Assembly (NCBI GenBank): GCA_002269645.1
Contig: NIVC01002100.1
Coordinates: 140,595-204,594 of the forward strand
Length of the DNA stretch: 64,000 nt
Source of the DNA: Macrostomum lignano
Taxonomy: Eukaryota
Direction: 5' to 3'
The translations under genes were made by a program, and so were the position numbers. Below are positions 11,332 through 23,300 of this stretch, in pieces. The notes beneath the pieces were generated by a model. That model was not told the DNA's origin. It made no database searches and worked only from the letters and a program-made list of their open reading frames with translations. How positions within the stretch are numbered: position 1 is the stretch's first letter; every line of letters begins with the position of its first letter.

Positions 11332-14300
11332 TCATGTGGCCATCTCTGACTGATTCTTAGCGAAATTGATGAACACCTGGAAAAATGAAACAAGATTGAA
11401 AATTTCAACTAAACCCATAAAATATGTTGCTCGCTCTTGACAGAAGTACCAGTTTACCTGGTCGAGAGTGGTCTGGTTGACGCTGTAGTCCAGCACCAGA
11501 CCGTTGTCCTTGAGCCTCTGGACGCTCTCAAAGATGGTCCTGAGCCTCACGGTCTGCTTCAGCTGGTACTGCAGCACAGCCGCGTGGTTCTCGCACAGCA
11601 TGGCGTCCGGAAAGGCCGATATGAACGCTTCGTGAGCTCTCTCCAGCTGACCTTCCGTGTTATCGATGGTAGCGGAGGCCGAGGCAGAGGCGGATGTCGC
11701 CTCCTGCGACTGCGGCTGACGAACGCGCAGGAAGATGGTGAACCCTTGGCCGAACTTGTTCTTCAAGTGCTGAGGACTGCCGATGCACTGCAGTCTGCCG
11801 TTCACCTGTGTGAGATGTTAGTGAAGGTATGGTGGGGAAAGTGAGCTGCTTGGCTGCTGCATGAGCTGCAATACCAGCACTGAGCTGCTCTCACCATGAT
11901 GGTGAGCCTGTGACACAGCGCTTGGCAATCCTCCATGCTGTGAGTTGTGAGAATGACGCACGAGCCAGCAGTGACCATGCGTTGGATGCAGCGCCAAAGG
12001 AATCTGCGAGCTCCAGGGTCCATGCCGGCAGTTGGCTCGTCCAGGAACACGATCGGCGGGTTGCCGATGAACGCGATGCCGCAAGAGAGCTTGCGCTTGT
12101 TGCCTCCGCTGTACTCCTGAGTGGTCTTGTCCAGGTGCGCCTCGATGCCCACCCTGCGGTGTCGAGGTGGCCCTGCGTACAATCTTCTCATTTCAAAAGC
12201 GCACTTTTTAGAGTAACATTCATTTAATTTCAATTTCACTTCCATCGTTTCACTTATTAGAGTAACGCGAGCAAGAGCAAGATCGGTGACGAACCTCTTT
12301 GAGATGGTCTCCACCAGCTGGTCGATGTCCTCCTCCTCCACGCCTCGAATCCTCGCGTACAGCTGCAGCGTCTCCCTGCCGGTCAGTAGTGGCAGCAGCG
12401 CATCGAACTGGGGACAATATCCCAGCTGCTTGTGCACCTCGAGAGCCTCCGTCAGGATTGAGAAGCCGCCGACTCGAGCGTCTCCGCTCGTCGGTGTGAG
12501 GTCACCTGAGGTCATCGAGGCATCGAGGGTGAAAATGCATGCATTGAGCATTTAAAGTGCAAAAAGCAAATCGATAGGACCTCTTGAACCTACGGACAGC
12601 ATCTGCTCCCAGCGACTCACCAGTCAGCATCTTGAACGTGGTCGTCTTGCCAGCTCCGTTGACGCCCAAGAAGCCGAAGCACTCCTGAGACTTCACTCCC
12701 AGACTGATGCCTTTGACGGCGGCTCTCGGTCCGGAGCTGGTGCTGAAAATCTTGACGAGCCGCTGCAGTTCGAGCAAGTAGGAGCTGGCGCCGGCTCCGT
12801 CAACCTTGGCAGCTTCAGCGAGCACGTCATCGTCGATCTCCGCTGCTTCCGGCTGCCGCAGCGCGCGCTCGTACTCGGCGCGGTAGAAGAGGCGGAAGAA
12901 GCGCGAGGACACGAGGCCCTGCTTGCAGCAGCAGTTGTACTCGAGCAGCAGTACGAGCGCAAAGTACACAACACTGTGCGCCACAAGGCAGGCCAGATAT
13001 CGGCCAGAGGCGCTCCAGGCGCTGTCGTGGATGTCGATTCCCCCGATAATTTTTTTAAACACTGCGCTGCTGAGTCCGGTTTCAATTCTCATTTTCTCTA
13101 GCTTGACCGATACCTGCGCCAAGATCAAGGCAGATGTTTTATTAATTTCTGAATGGTTTGAAGCACCGGTAGCAGGCCCTCAGAATAAAATTATGCATTT
13201 ATTCTGCGCAGTTTCTCTGGAGCTTCTCAAGCTCCATGGAGACAGTAGGGACCAACTTGAGAAGGGGTCGGCAAACCACAAAGTCTAAATAAAGAATCCA
13301 GCTCAAGGCTGCGTGCCATGCCCAGATGAGAGAAGAAATGAGAAAATAGATGAGAGAATGAGAGAAAAGTTAAGAGGAGATGAGTGGACGAGAGAAGAAG
13401 AGAAGACATAAAAACATGAGAAGAGTCCTTATCGTAAACCTTAAGAGGGCCAGCCTGCTTATGGCCTGCTATGGTGAAGTTTCAGAGAACCTAAGGGCCT
13501 GATGGAGAAGCATCGCGGGCCCCATCTGGTCTGAATCAGAGGCTCAGACCCAGTCAACTGCGTGGCTTTTCCCTGCTGCAATCGGAGTTTCGACTTGAAA
13601 GACTTTCTACGGCAAAATATACATGCTACGCGGATTATCAGACTGAAGCGATGGTAGGATTAGCAAATTTCAATATACGAGTTATGATAAAAGCAGCAAA
13701 TGCGTCATGACTGCGACTGGCCGAGCTCTCACCTGATAGAAGACATTCAGTTCGACTAGCGACTGGCCCAGACAGAAATGTGGCAGCACGAGAAATGCGT
13801 TCTTGAGTATGCCCGCCACGTGCAGCAGTGATTCGTCATTGTTTTGCTGACCGATGAGTCTGACAATGGTCACTGACATTGTGGTCACGAGTCCAAAGCA
13901 CAAGTTCAGGCATGACAGCAAGGTGAACGCCTTGCTCGGAACGGTCATCACCCAGCTAAAGGGGTACATCATTGGTGCACTGGCGAACCCGAAAAGTATC
14001 ATGGTCAGCAGGAACGGTCCGATGGTCTGCGCACCAACGAACTCGTAGTTCTTGAATGCCACGAACAAGAGGATCACAATGGTCAGCGGCACCATGTAGT
14101 TCAACAGGTTCCAGATGTGGTTCACGACCCAGTACAGAATGGGGTTAATTCCGGACACGAACTGCACTTGTTTAGAATTTGTACTTCTCTCGGAGATGAG
14201 GAAGAGTACAAAGCTGGCGGGAATGAAGGACAGGGCGAAAACAATGAACACAATTATCGCGGCGGACATTGCCACATCGTTTTTAAGTACGTTTTTTGCG

Positions 14301-17300
14301 TGCTTCAGCCGAGAAGTGATGGGGTGAGTCCAGCCGGACACGCCGATCTGGTCAGGCGAGCCGATGCTCTTGTTAGCCAGAGCCCTCATGATGACGTTGC
14401 TGAGGGTGTTGAGGTAGGCAGGCCCGGACACGTAGCCTCGGTTGTCGAACCAGACTTGGTTCACAATGGAGCTCAGATTTTCTTGTTGTCGACTGCTCTC
14501 CAGCCAACTGTACAGCTGCTCCGTGCTCCTAATTGGGGATCAGATATTAGCGATTCGACTGACTGACTGACTGACTGACTGACTGACTGACTGACTGACT
14601 GACTGACTGACTGACTGACTGACTGACTGACTGACTGACTGACTGACTGACTGACTGACTGACTGACTGACTGACTGACTGACTGACTGACTGACTGACT
14701 GACTGACTGACTGACTGACTGACTGACTGACTGACTGACTGACTGACTGACTGACTGACTGACTGACTGACTGACTGACTGACTGACTGACTGACTGACT
14801 GACTGACTGACTGACTGACTGACTGACTGACTGACTGACTGACTGACTGACTGACTGACTGACTGACTGACTGACTGACTGACTGACTGACTGACTGACT
14901 GACTGACTGACTGACTGACTGACTGACTGACTGACTGACTGACTGACTGACTGACTGACTGACTGACTGACTGACTGACTGACTGACTGACTGACTGACT
15001 GACTGACTGACTGACTGACTGACTGACTGACTGAATTAAAGGAGCCTACCTGTCAGAAGTATTGCTGCCAATGAGCGTGTCCATTTGCCTTAGCACCAAC
15101 GAAGTCTCCTTTCCAGCGCGGGCCGCGTCTGCACTGACTGGCTGCGAGTCGTTCACGAACAGCGTGTAGCCTCCGAACCTCTTTCGGTAGTACTCCATCA
15201 CTGTCGACTGAATGTAGTTTGTCAGGTTGTAGCCCTGCATGCTCTCCACAATGTCGGAGCTCATCAGAGACTTCCGAGCTGGCGTTGGCCAGTCAACGCA
15301 CTTGGCGCTGTTCGGGTAGTCCTTGTACGAGCACTGACACCACGATGTGTTGCTGGGCAGGTTGCTGGGAGTCTCAGACCACACAGAGCCTCGTCGCTGC
15401 GTCTTGCACGGGAAGTCGGGGTTGCTGAACACATCCTCTCGCATGCAGCGAGTTCCGAGGAAGTCCGTGCTGTTCATGTGCAGCATCAGCCGGTTGGACA
15501 GGTCGGTCAGGCTGTGGTTGTTTGGGTAGGCGGTCAGGCTGCGGCTCTGGAACACTGATAGGTCCTTGAGGCGAGATCGCTCTGGCTTGCCGAGCATGTA
15601 CCAGGGCGCTAACTCCATCGGTGGATGTTCACCTACTTTAGGCACAATCTTGAGCAGAGCGAGGGCCAGGAGGATAAACATTGGAGGTAGCACAAACTCG
15701 GCGAGGAATCCGATCTTTGAGCGACGCATTACGTGGAAGCGCTTGAGCCAGAGCGCCTTGATTTGCTGCCACAAAGGCCGCCGCGTCCTTCGTACTTTCT
15801 GCTGACTCTGAGACTCTGCTGATATATTTTCTCTTGAACTGCGGCTGCTCTCACCGCCTTCTGTATTGCTACTCATCGCTTGTTCCAAGTACCGCCGTCG
15901 TACACTTTCCCTATAAGACGGGCGAAACTCGACAACGGAGGAGTTACAGAGCAGTTCCTCTTTTTTTTGATCAGGCAGCCCAGTCACAGCGAGAAAAATC
16001 TCTTCGAGGGAGCTGTCCTCGATACCGTATGAAGAGATTCCCAGCTGTAGGTGAAGTTCGTCCAAAGTTTCAAACAGGTCAGCAAATAGAGGCACAGAGC
16101 TGTATGGCAGCCTGATGTTGATCTCACTGGATGTGCACTCAGCCAGATTTGCCTCTGGGACCTCAGACTGCACCGAATTCAGCACTAAATCAAGCTCGCA
16201 GTCTGGCGAAGCCTTCACCAGAGTCAGGGTGTAGCCCTCACCGAACTCTTTCTTCAGAAACATCGGAGAGCCTGAGCACACGAGACGGCCCTTGTTGATG
16301 ACGCAGATTCGGTCGCCCAGAATTTCCGCCTCGTCCATGTGGTGGGTGGTCAGGATGATGGTGCGGCCCTGACGATACTTTGCCAATACGTCCCAGATCG
16401 AGCGACGTGCGTGGGGGTCCACGCCTGAAGTTAAATATAATGGAGTACAATGGAGAATTCAAGAATTGGATTCCAAACGCAGACATTTCATACTTTATGT
16501 CGAAGGAACGCTTCATCTGGTTCTGAGACGGTCTAAACCCACAAAGTTTTGTCAATACAAAAGACTTCAAGAAAAATGGCGTAGTATAATTAAGTCAACT
16601 CTATTGGTTAATTTAACGAAATTTTGCTGATTCTGATAATTAAACACAGACAAAAATTGTTGAACTTCATGGAAACAACATGAAGCGGCGGTATTATAGT
16701 TGCAGCATATTCTGGTCAACAGGGCTCTCTCTTTTTCTCGCTTTGTAAGAGAGAAAAATGTCTTCAAATGTCACCCAGGCCACCCGCAGAGCTCACCGGC
16801 AGTTGGTTCGTCCAGAACAACGACTTTCGATCCGCCTATAAATGCCAGGGCAACAGACAGCCTTCGCTTCATCCCGCCTGACAGATTACCGCAAATCTCG
16901 TGTCTCTTTTTTTCGAGGCCCACATCGGCGGCCAAGAAGTCAATCTGTACGTTCAGCTCCGCCCTGCTGAGGCCCTTCAGCATGCCGTAGAAGTAGATGT
17001 GGTCCTCAACCGTCAGGGTGTCGAACAGCACATTGTACTGAGGACACAGGCCGAGGTGCCTGCGAATCTGGTCCATCTCTGTGCGGATGTCGTACCCGCC
17101 GATGAAGGCGGTGCCCGATGTCGGCAGAAACAATCCAGTGAGAATCGACATTGTCGTGCTTTTTCCTGTGGCCAAAAGGTTACGTAAACTTTAATAGATC
17201 TGAGTTTGAATCAGCATACGAAAATGAATATCGGGTTCAGCAGCAGCAGAGCTTCGAGAACTAAAATCAGATTTGTCAGCGGTGCAACTCACCGGCGCCG

Positions 17301-20300
17301 TTGTGACCCAGAAAGGAGGTAATCTGATTTTCGAAGAAGTTGTAGCTGAGGTCGTCAACAGCAGTGAGAGGCTCGGTTTGTCTCCGGCAGGAGAAGCAAC
17401 CCGGCCGGTAGATCTTCGACAAATTCCTAATCGCAACGCCCACTTCCAGGTTCGCGGGCTCGTCTTCGAATTGCTGCTTGCTGCTTTCATTGGAATCCAC
17501 TGAGACTGATTCTACTTTGCCATTGGAAAATGCCAGGCTGCTGTCACTGACACCATGTTTGCTTGTGTTCCCGAACCAGAAGGAGTGCAGGAAAGGAAAG
17601 TACCACGGCTTCGGGACTCCGTACGGGCCGGGGAATAACTTTTCCAGGTACCAGGTGAGCAGCATTAGAATGGCGGAATCGACCCACAGCATCAGAATCA
17701 CCTAAATTCGTTTGAAGGCGAGTTGACAATACAGATAGAAATATTTGATTAGACAGAAATTATTCAGTGGGGGACTCTCAATCATAAATTTTTCATGACG
17801 CATAGTTTTAGTAGTATATTAAAATCAGTATGTACTGCATAAAGCTGTGCTAAAATATCCATAATTTTAGTCCCGCAAATCGGTCAAAGCAAAATCTTAC
17901 CAAGAAAAATGACAGCTCCTCACTCCAGAGCGGCGCGCTGAAAAAGTTATTGGCCTGCAGTCCGATCACGGCCAGCTCCCAGTTGCTGATGATCTCGCTG
18001 CCAATGCCGAATGCAATCTGCGGAATCAGAAAGCTCACAATGAAGTGGGCTTGCCTCATGGTGCTGGTGAACTGTATGACCACCAGGTAGATCACGTAGC
18101 CGACAATGTAGGCCACGGCTGCGACCGCGGCCGCTACGCTTGCGTTGGAGAAGAAGATCGATATGAAGAAGGCCTCACAAATCGTGCTGACCGCGAATGA
18201 GACGATGAAAAGGAACAAAAGCCCAGGATTTGAGAGGCCGATTATTTGCCCAGCCTTCAGCATCACTGTTATCAGAGTGCCCGAAACCAGCATGATTGCA
18301 AATGAGGTGATGAACCAGGAGACCCAGTGCACTCCGTCGGACAGTCCCATAATCTTCATCATCTCTTTCAGCCGGGTCTCTTTCTCGTAGACAATGGCGT
18401 TCACCAGCACGGACACATTGAATATCCACGTGAAAATCAAGAGCATGGGTAAGAAAGCATTGGTGACTTTGGCGAAGGTGTCATCCATGTAGCACACTGA
18501 TGGGAACATTGTCAAGTAGGTCTGGAGCGGCGCGTTCACGCCTGTAACTTCTGCTTGAATTCCGTGTTCGAGCAGCTCCTGGTGTAAAATGAGAAAATTA
18601 AAAAGAACTGCGAGTTAAAACAAGACGCGTCCCAGAGTCGTTGCAGGTCACACAGGTAAAATAGAAAAGAAGTGACTCTAAAACGAGCGACACAAGTGAC
18701 TCTGGGGCGCTTCTATAATGATGGGCAGTAAAGTCGAACCTGAGGCGTGCAAGAGTCGCTGAAGAGTCACTGAATTGTGTCTAAAGCGCATCTGAGTCAC
18801 TCTTTGAAATAAAAAAGTGCATTTCAGATTTTTAATAACTTTACGAGTGTACTTAGTCTGCTTGAGTTAGTAGAAAGGCCACCCCCAGGGATGGGCAAGC
18901 TGACCACCCCGAACAACATCCGTGATCTTCGCGACTTGGTCCGAGATATCGGCCGGATGAAGGTCGCCGATGCCTCCTCTGTGAACCTGCCGACTACTTG
19001 CGGGGCTAAACCCTCGCACCAGGGTTAAACCTTCGTTTCATGTAAGTAAGTAAGGTAGAAAGTTAAGCGCTAACACAACGACTCTTATACTAATTTTGCG
19101 ACTCTTTTACGATGTTACAGCTCCCGTGTTGCTCTCGTGACTCAACAGTGGCCTCTGCATTACAGTCGTTTAAGTACTCGCATTTTTAAAAGTCCCAACA
19201 GGTACCCCAGAGTCTCTAGAGTCACTAGTGAGTTGTTTACTATCACCCTTCATCGGTTCTTGTCACGGTTGCTTTTTCAGTGGGAGTAGCTGGTATGCAG
19301 TTTGAAATCAGTAATCAATTTTTTCCAGTGAAAATATTTTTCTTGAATGACCTAATGGAAGAAAAGCTCACCTGAATGTATATGAAGAAAGATGTAAAGT
19401 ACTTAAAATCGGTTTGAAAATTCGTTCGAGGCTTTGGTTTGAAATGGCTGTCCAATACTTTGAAGTGCCTGGTGCTGTCAATAGAGTTTTCTGGAAATCT
19501 TAAGCGGTACTTCACGAAGCCCGGCGCCAGCTTGTCGAAGAGCAGAGACGCAATGAACAGCGACTTGTTCACTTTCTTGTAGTCTTCCAGTTCGTCGATG
19601 AGGAAGCTGGTGCGGTTTTCCAGCGACTTCTCGGTGCTGAAGCCGCGAAGCTTGCTAAGGCGGAAACAGGCGGTGGCGAAGTACAGCCTGAGCATTAGTG
19701 TGTTCGTTGTATTCAGGGAGTCCTTCCATGTAGAGCTGGTATTCGACTGAGCGGAAGGCGGATCTGGCTGCAGAAACAGCTCCAGGTTCTTGCAGTTGCG
19801 ACCGTTGGGCTGCCCGGCGTAGTAAATTTGGCAGTGACTCAGCAGTGTCTGAATGTGTGAAACGAAGGCATACGCATCGAATGCAGACACGCAGTACAAC
19901 CATATAGTATAAGGCAGCCCAGGCTCACGGGCTAAGGTCTGCGGTACTACACACGGTCCCTCTCTGTTTTGGTGTAAGAATGGGTAGAGAACCTTCCTCC
20001 ATGCTGATTCACAAGCCGGTCTAGGGGTTCGCCTCCAGCATATGCTTAATGAGGCTGGACTGACAGGGCTCCAGTGGGGGGCAACCCATCCGTGGCCTTG
20101 ACTTTTGATTTGGTCATGTTGGGTACGCGGGTTCTCCTGGAAGTGTACCTTTGCGTATCAGGTGCCTCTGGCTACGGATCTAAGGGACTGGTGTTGCCTT
20201 TTGAATTTAACAGGGTATGCGGCCAGCCCACCAGCCTCTGGAGACAGCCTCTTTGTCTATCAAGAGCCCAGTGTAGCACCGCACTGATGGTCTTTTGGCT

Positions 20301-23300
20301 CAGCCTCTTACCAGGTTCTTAACTGAGGAGTTTCTCAGTTGCTAGCCAAGAAGAAACGCAAAAGCAAGCAGGAAAGCCAAGTCCGACAAGTGTCACCAAT
20401 ACTGCACGGAGCTGGAGGGCGCTACTTCACGCGTGGTCAAGACCCTCACTCTTGACGAGATGTCAAAGCTCTTAGTTCTCAAAAGATCAGGTGTATTACC
20501 CTCCAGTACGTGCCCAAGGCCCGGAAAGAGGCTACGATTGTTTTCATTTCCAAAGCTGGGAAGGGAGACTGTGAGTGCATCACTCTGCCAAAGCCTACCG
20601 CCCCATCAGTCTGACGTCCCTCGTACTCAACCAGAATGCTGTTCGATCTGGATGTTTCATCGAAAGCGCTGCACGCCATTGCCGACAAGCTCATGTTAAT
20701 GTGCCGTTTGAAACCTTTAGATGAGGCTTAGCTATGTGCGCAACTTATGAAATTTCCACCGTGGAAAACTTTGAGGTTGGGAAAGAATATGAAATTTCGA
20801 GCTTATGAAACACCCGGCCCCCCTCCCGCCGAGGGTTTGCGGAATGAGCGGTGATGATTCCGCTCATGATGCATCCGGATGCCCAAAGACCCCTGCAGCT
20901 GATTCAAACTTAATATACGCAAAGAATCTTTGCTGTTTCAGAGGCAGCCAAGTCAGCGCAATGCCCAAACCGTTCAAAACACCCGAAACAAAATCGCACC
21001 AACCCGCATATTCGCCATCTCGCTGCTGTTGGTGATGAAGTTGGCGATGCGAGGACTCGTTGACTTCACGAAGTTCTCCGCTATGTAGGATGCCCAGGAC
21101 GCTGCAATAAGGGTCTCGTTCAGCTGGAGTGTTGAATTGTAGGTGTAAAGATGCTTGCATTGTTTTCAACTCTCAAAATTCAGTTTGTTTGCTTCATCGG
21201 CTTACTTTCTTGAGAAACTTTCGCGTCCTTTCTGATTCAGGATAGTAAAGGATTTCTCCGAACATGAGCCGTTTGAGGCCGGAGAACCCGAGCTTGTCGA
21301 GCAGCCAGTCAGGAAGCAGCAGGATGGCATTCTGATAGCGCTTGTCTGAGCAAACTGCGGGTGAGAAACGTCCTCTCTCTTCTTGCATTCAAAATTTAAA
21401 ACTCTTTACTGCACAGTGAAGAGATCAGATAAAAATGGCACAAATATTTTTGATTTCCAACTCTAGAAGATAAAATCAGGTGATAGTTGAATGTCTTGAT
21501 GATACTGACTGTGAGCAACACGACAATGAAAAGTCGCCACTCTATGCGCCAGTGAGCAATTTCTCTTGGACTATTCTGAAATAAAATATACGAGAAAACT
21601 GATCGGGGCAGCTTTAATCCGTCCAATCCTCGCACAACGCTCCCCCCCCTACTTCATTTCTCAACTTAAGTCTGCCGCGGCGTAGCTAAGATGCCTCACC
21701 TGCTAAGATTGAGACTTTACCTGCCCTCATAAAAGTGGCGACCACAGACAGAATCTTCTGTGATGGCGAAATTTTGATGTTGCTGAGTATCAATAGAAGA
21801 TGCAAGTTGAGATAATTCTTGGGCTGCAGGAACACCCAAAGTGCTCCGAAAGCATATAAAAAACGTGAATTCTGAGGACTGCATTAGAAAACAAGGTGCT
21901 CACACTCCTCTGGAGGCACAATGGTTGTCAGATTGACTGTCTTCTCTGAATCGTTTGTCGATTTCTCGATTAATTCGTTTGGCTCGAAGTCTTCGGCTAC
22001 GTCTTCGACCATCTCGCGGTCCAGGTAGTCCGACAGGACGTTCTTGCCGGAGCCGCAGACATGGCCGGCTAAGATCTTTACAGACCGCAGCCAGCCCTTC
22101 AGTCTGCTGCTCGACAGGCCTTCAGTCACATTCACGGCGAGGTCGCGCATCTTTCTAAACACGAGCAGCGTTCCATCGTTGCTCATCTCGTTAATCTGCG
22201 GGATATTTTAATTCAACGTAATGTACGAAAGAAGAGCCTCGTAAGAGCGTGTGTTGTGCTGTCAGATCTACCATGATATCTATTTCAATTTGCCAATCTT
22301 CAACCATGGAGCTTACCTGAGAAAGAAGCATCTGCAGACTCTTGAGGTCACTGGGGTTGAGCAGAACGCTGCGCTTGTTGCTGTCTGTAGAGGCCATCTT
22401 TTAATGAAAATGATTGGGTTGGAGTTGGAGTCACAAGGCTTAATTTGCTGCTAAGCTCTTTAACGCATAGGTAACCTCTAGTCTCTGGAAAGCACAGCTC
22501 TAGACAGGTGTCAAGAACTCCATCTCTCTCACCTGGGCCCGAACCGCGTCAAAATCCAGCTGAGACCGGAGGTTTTCGCGGAACCGCGGCTGCTTGCAGA
22601 GCTCCCGCACTGCCCGGGTCCAGTTGGCGGTGGCGCCGGCCCCGCTGCACAGGATATTGGGCAGCCCGCTCTGCGACAGCATCAGGCCAGCCATGCCGGG
22701 GCCCATGGACAGGTCCAAGAGCTGCAATGGGTGATGTCTAATTGTACAAAATTCTAACACGGAGTCCCGTAGGAAGTGGTGAGCATGTCCTAAGACTTTA
22801 TCCGTACAGCTCATAGTTAATACTTAATAGTTAATATTTCATTGTTCTCAGTTCAGAGGCACATTCAGGCAGTGAAATTCAGCTAATTTTATTCCACTTT
22901 ACCTTGGGAAACGGCACTTCCGCCGTCTCGAAAGACGCTCTCTGCTCCTTTGTTACCTTGACGCCATCGAACAGCGCGCTGCCGTTGTTTTTGAAAAGCG
23001 AGCGGAGTTTGATCTTCTTCATCTCTGCAATGTCATGACCCATTTTCATGCAGGGACGGGTGATTGCAGGGATAGGAGAGAGCAGGGATAGGAGAGTGCA
23101 GGGACAGGAAAGAGCAGGGATAGGAGAGTGCAGGGACAGGAGAGAGCAGGGACAGGAGAGAGCAGGGACAGAAGAGTGCAGGGACAGGAGAGTGCAGGGA
23201 CAGGAGAGAGCAAGGACAGGAGAGTGCAGGGACAGGAGAGAGCAGGGACAGGAGAGAGCAGGGACAGGAGAGAGCAAGGACAGAAGATTGCAGGGACAGG

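Noticed and set aside
20844-20868. Hairpin atgagcgg-tgatgatt-ccgctcat as an ncRNA or terminator
   Set aside because: Isolated 8-bp stem in a TE-littered intron with no other support.
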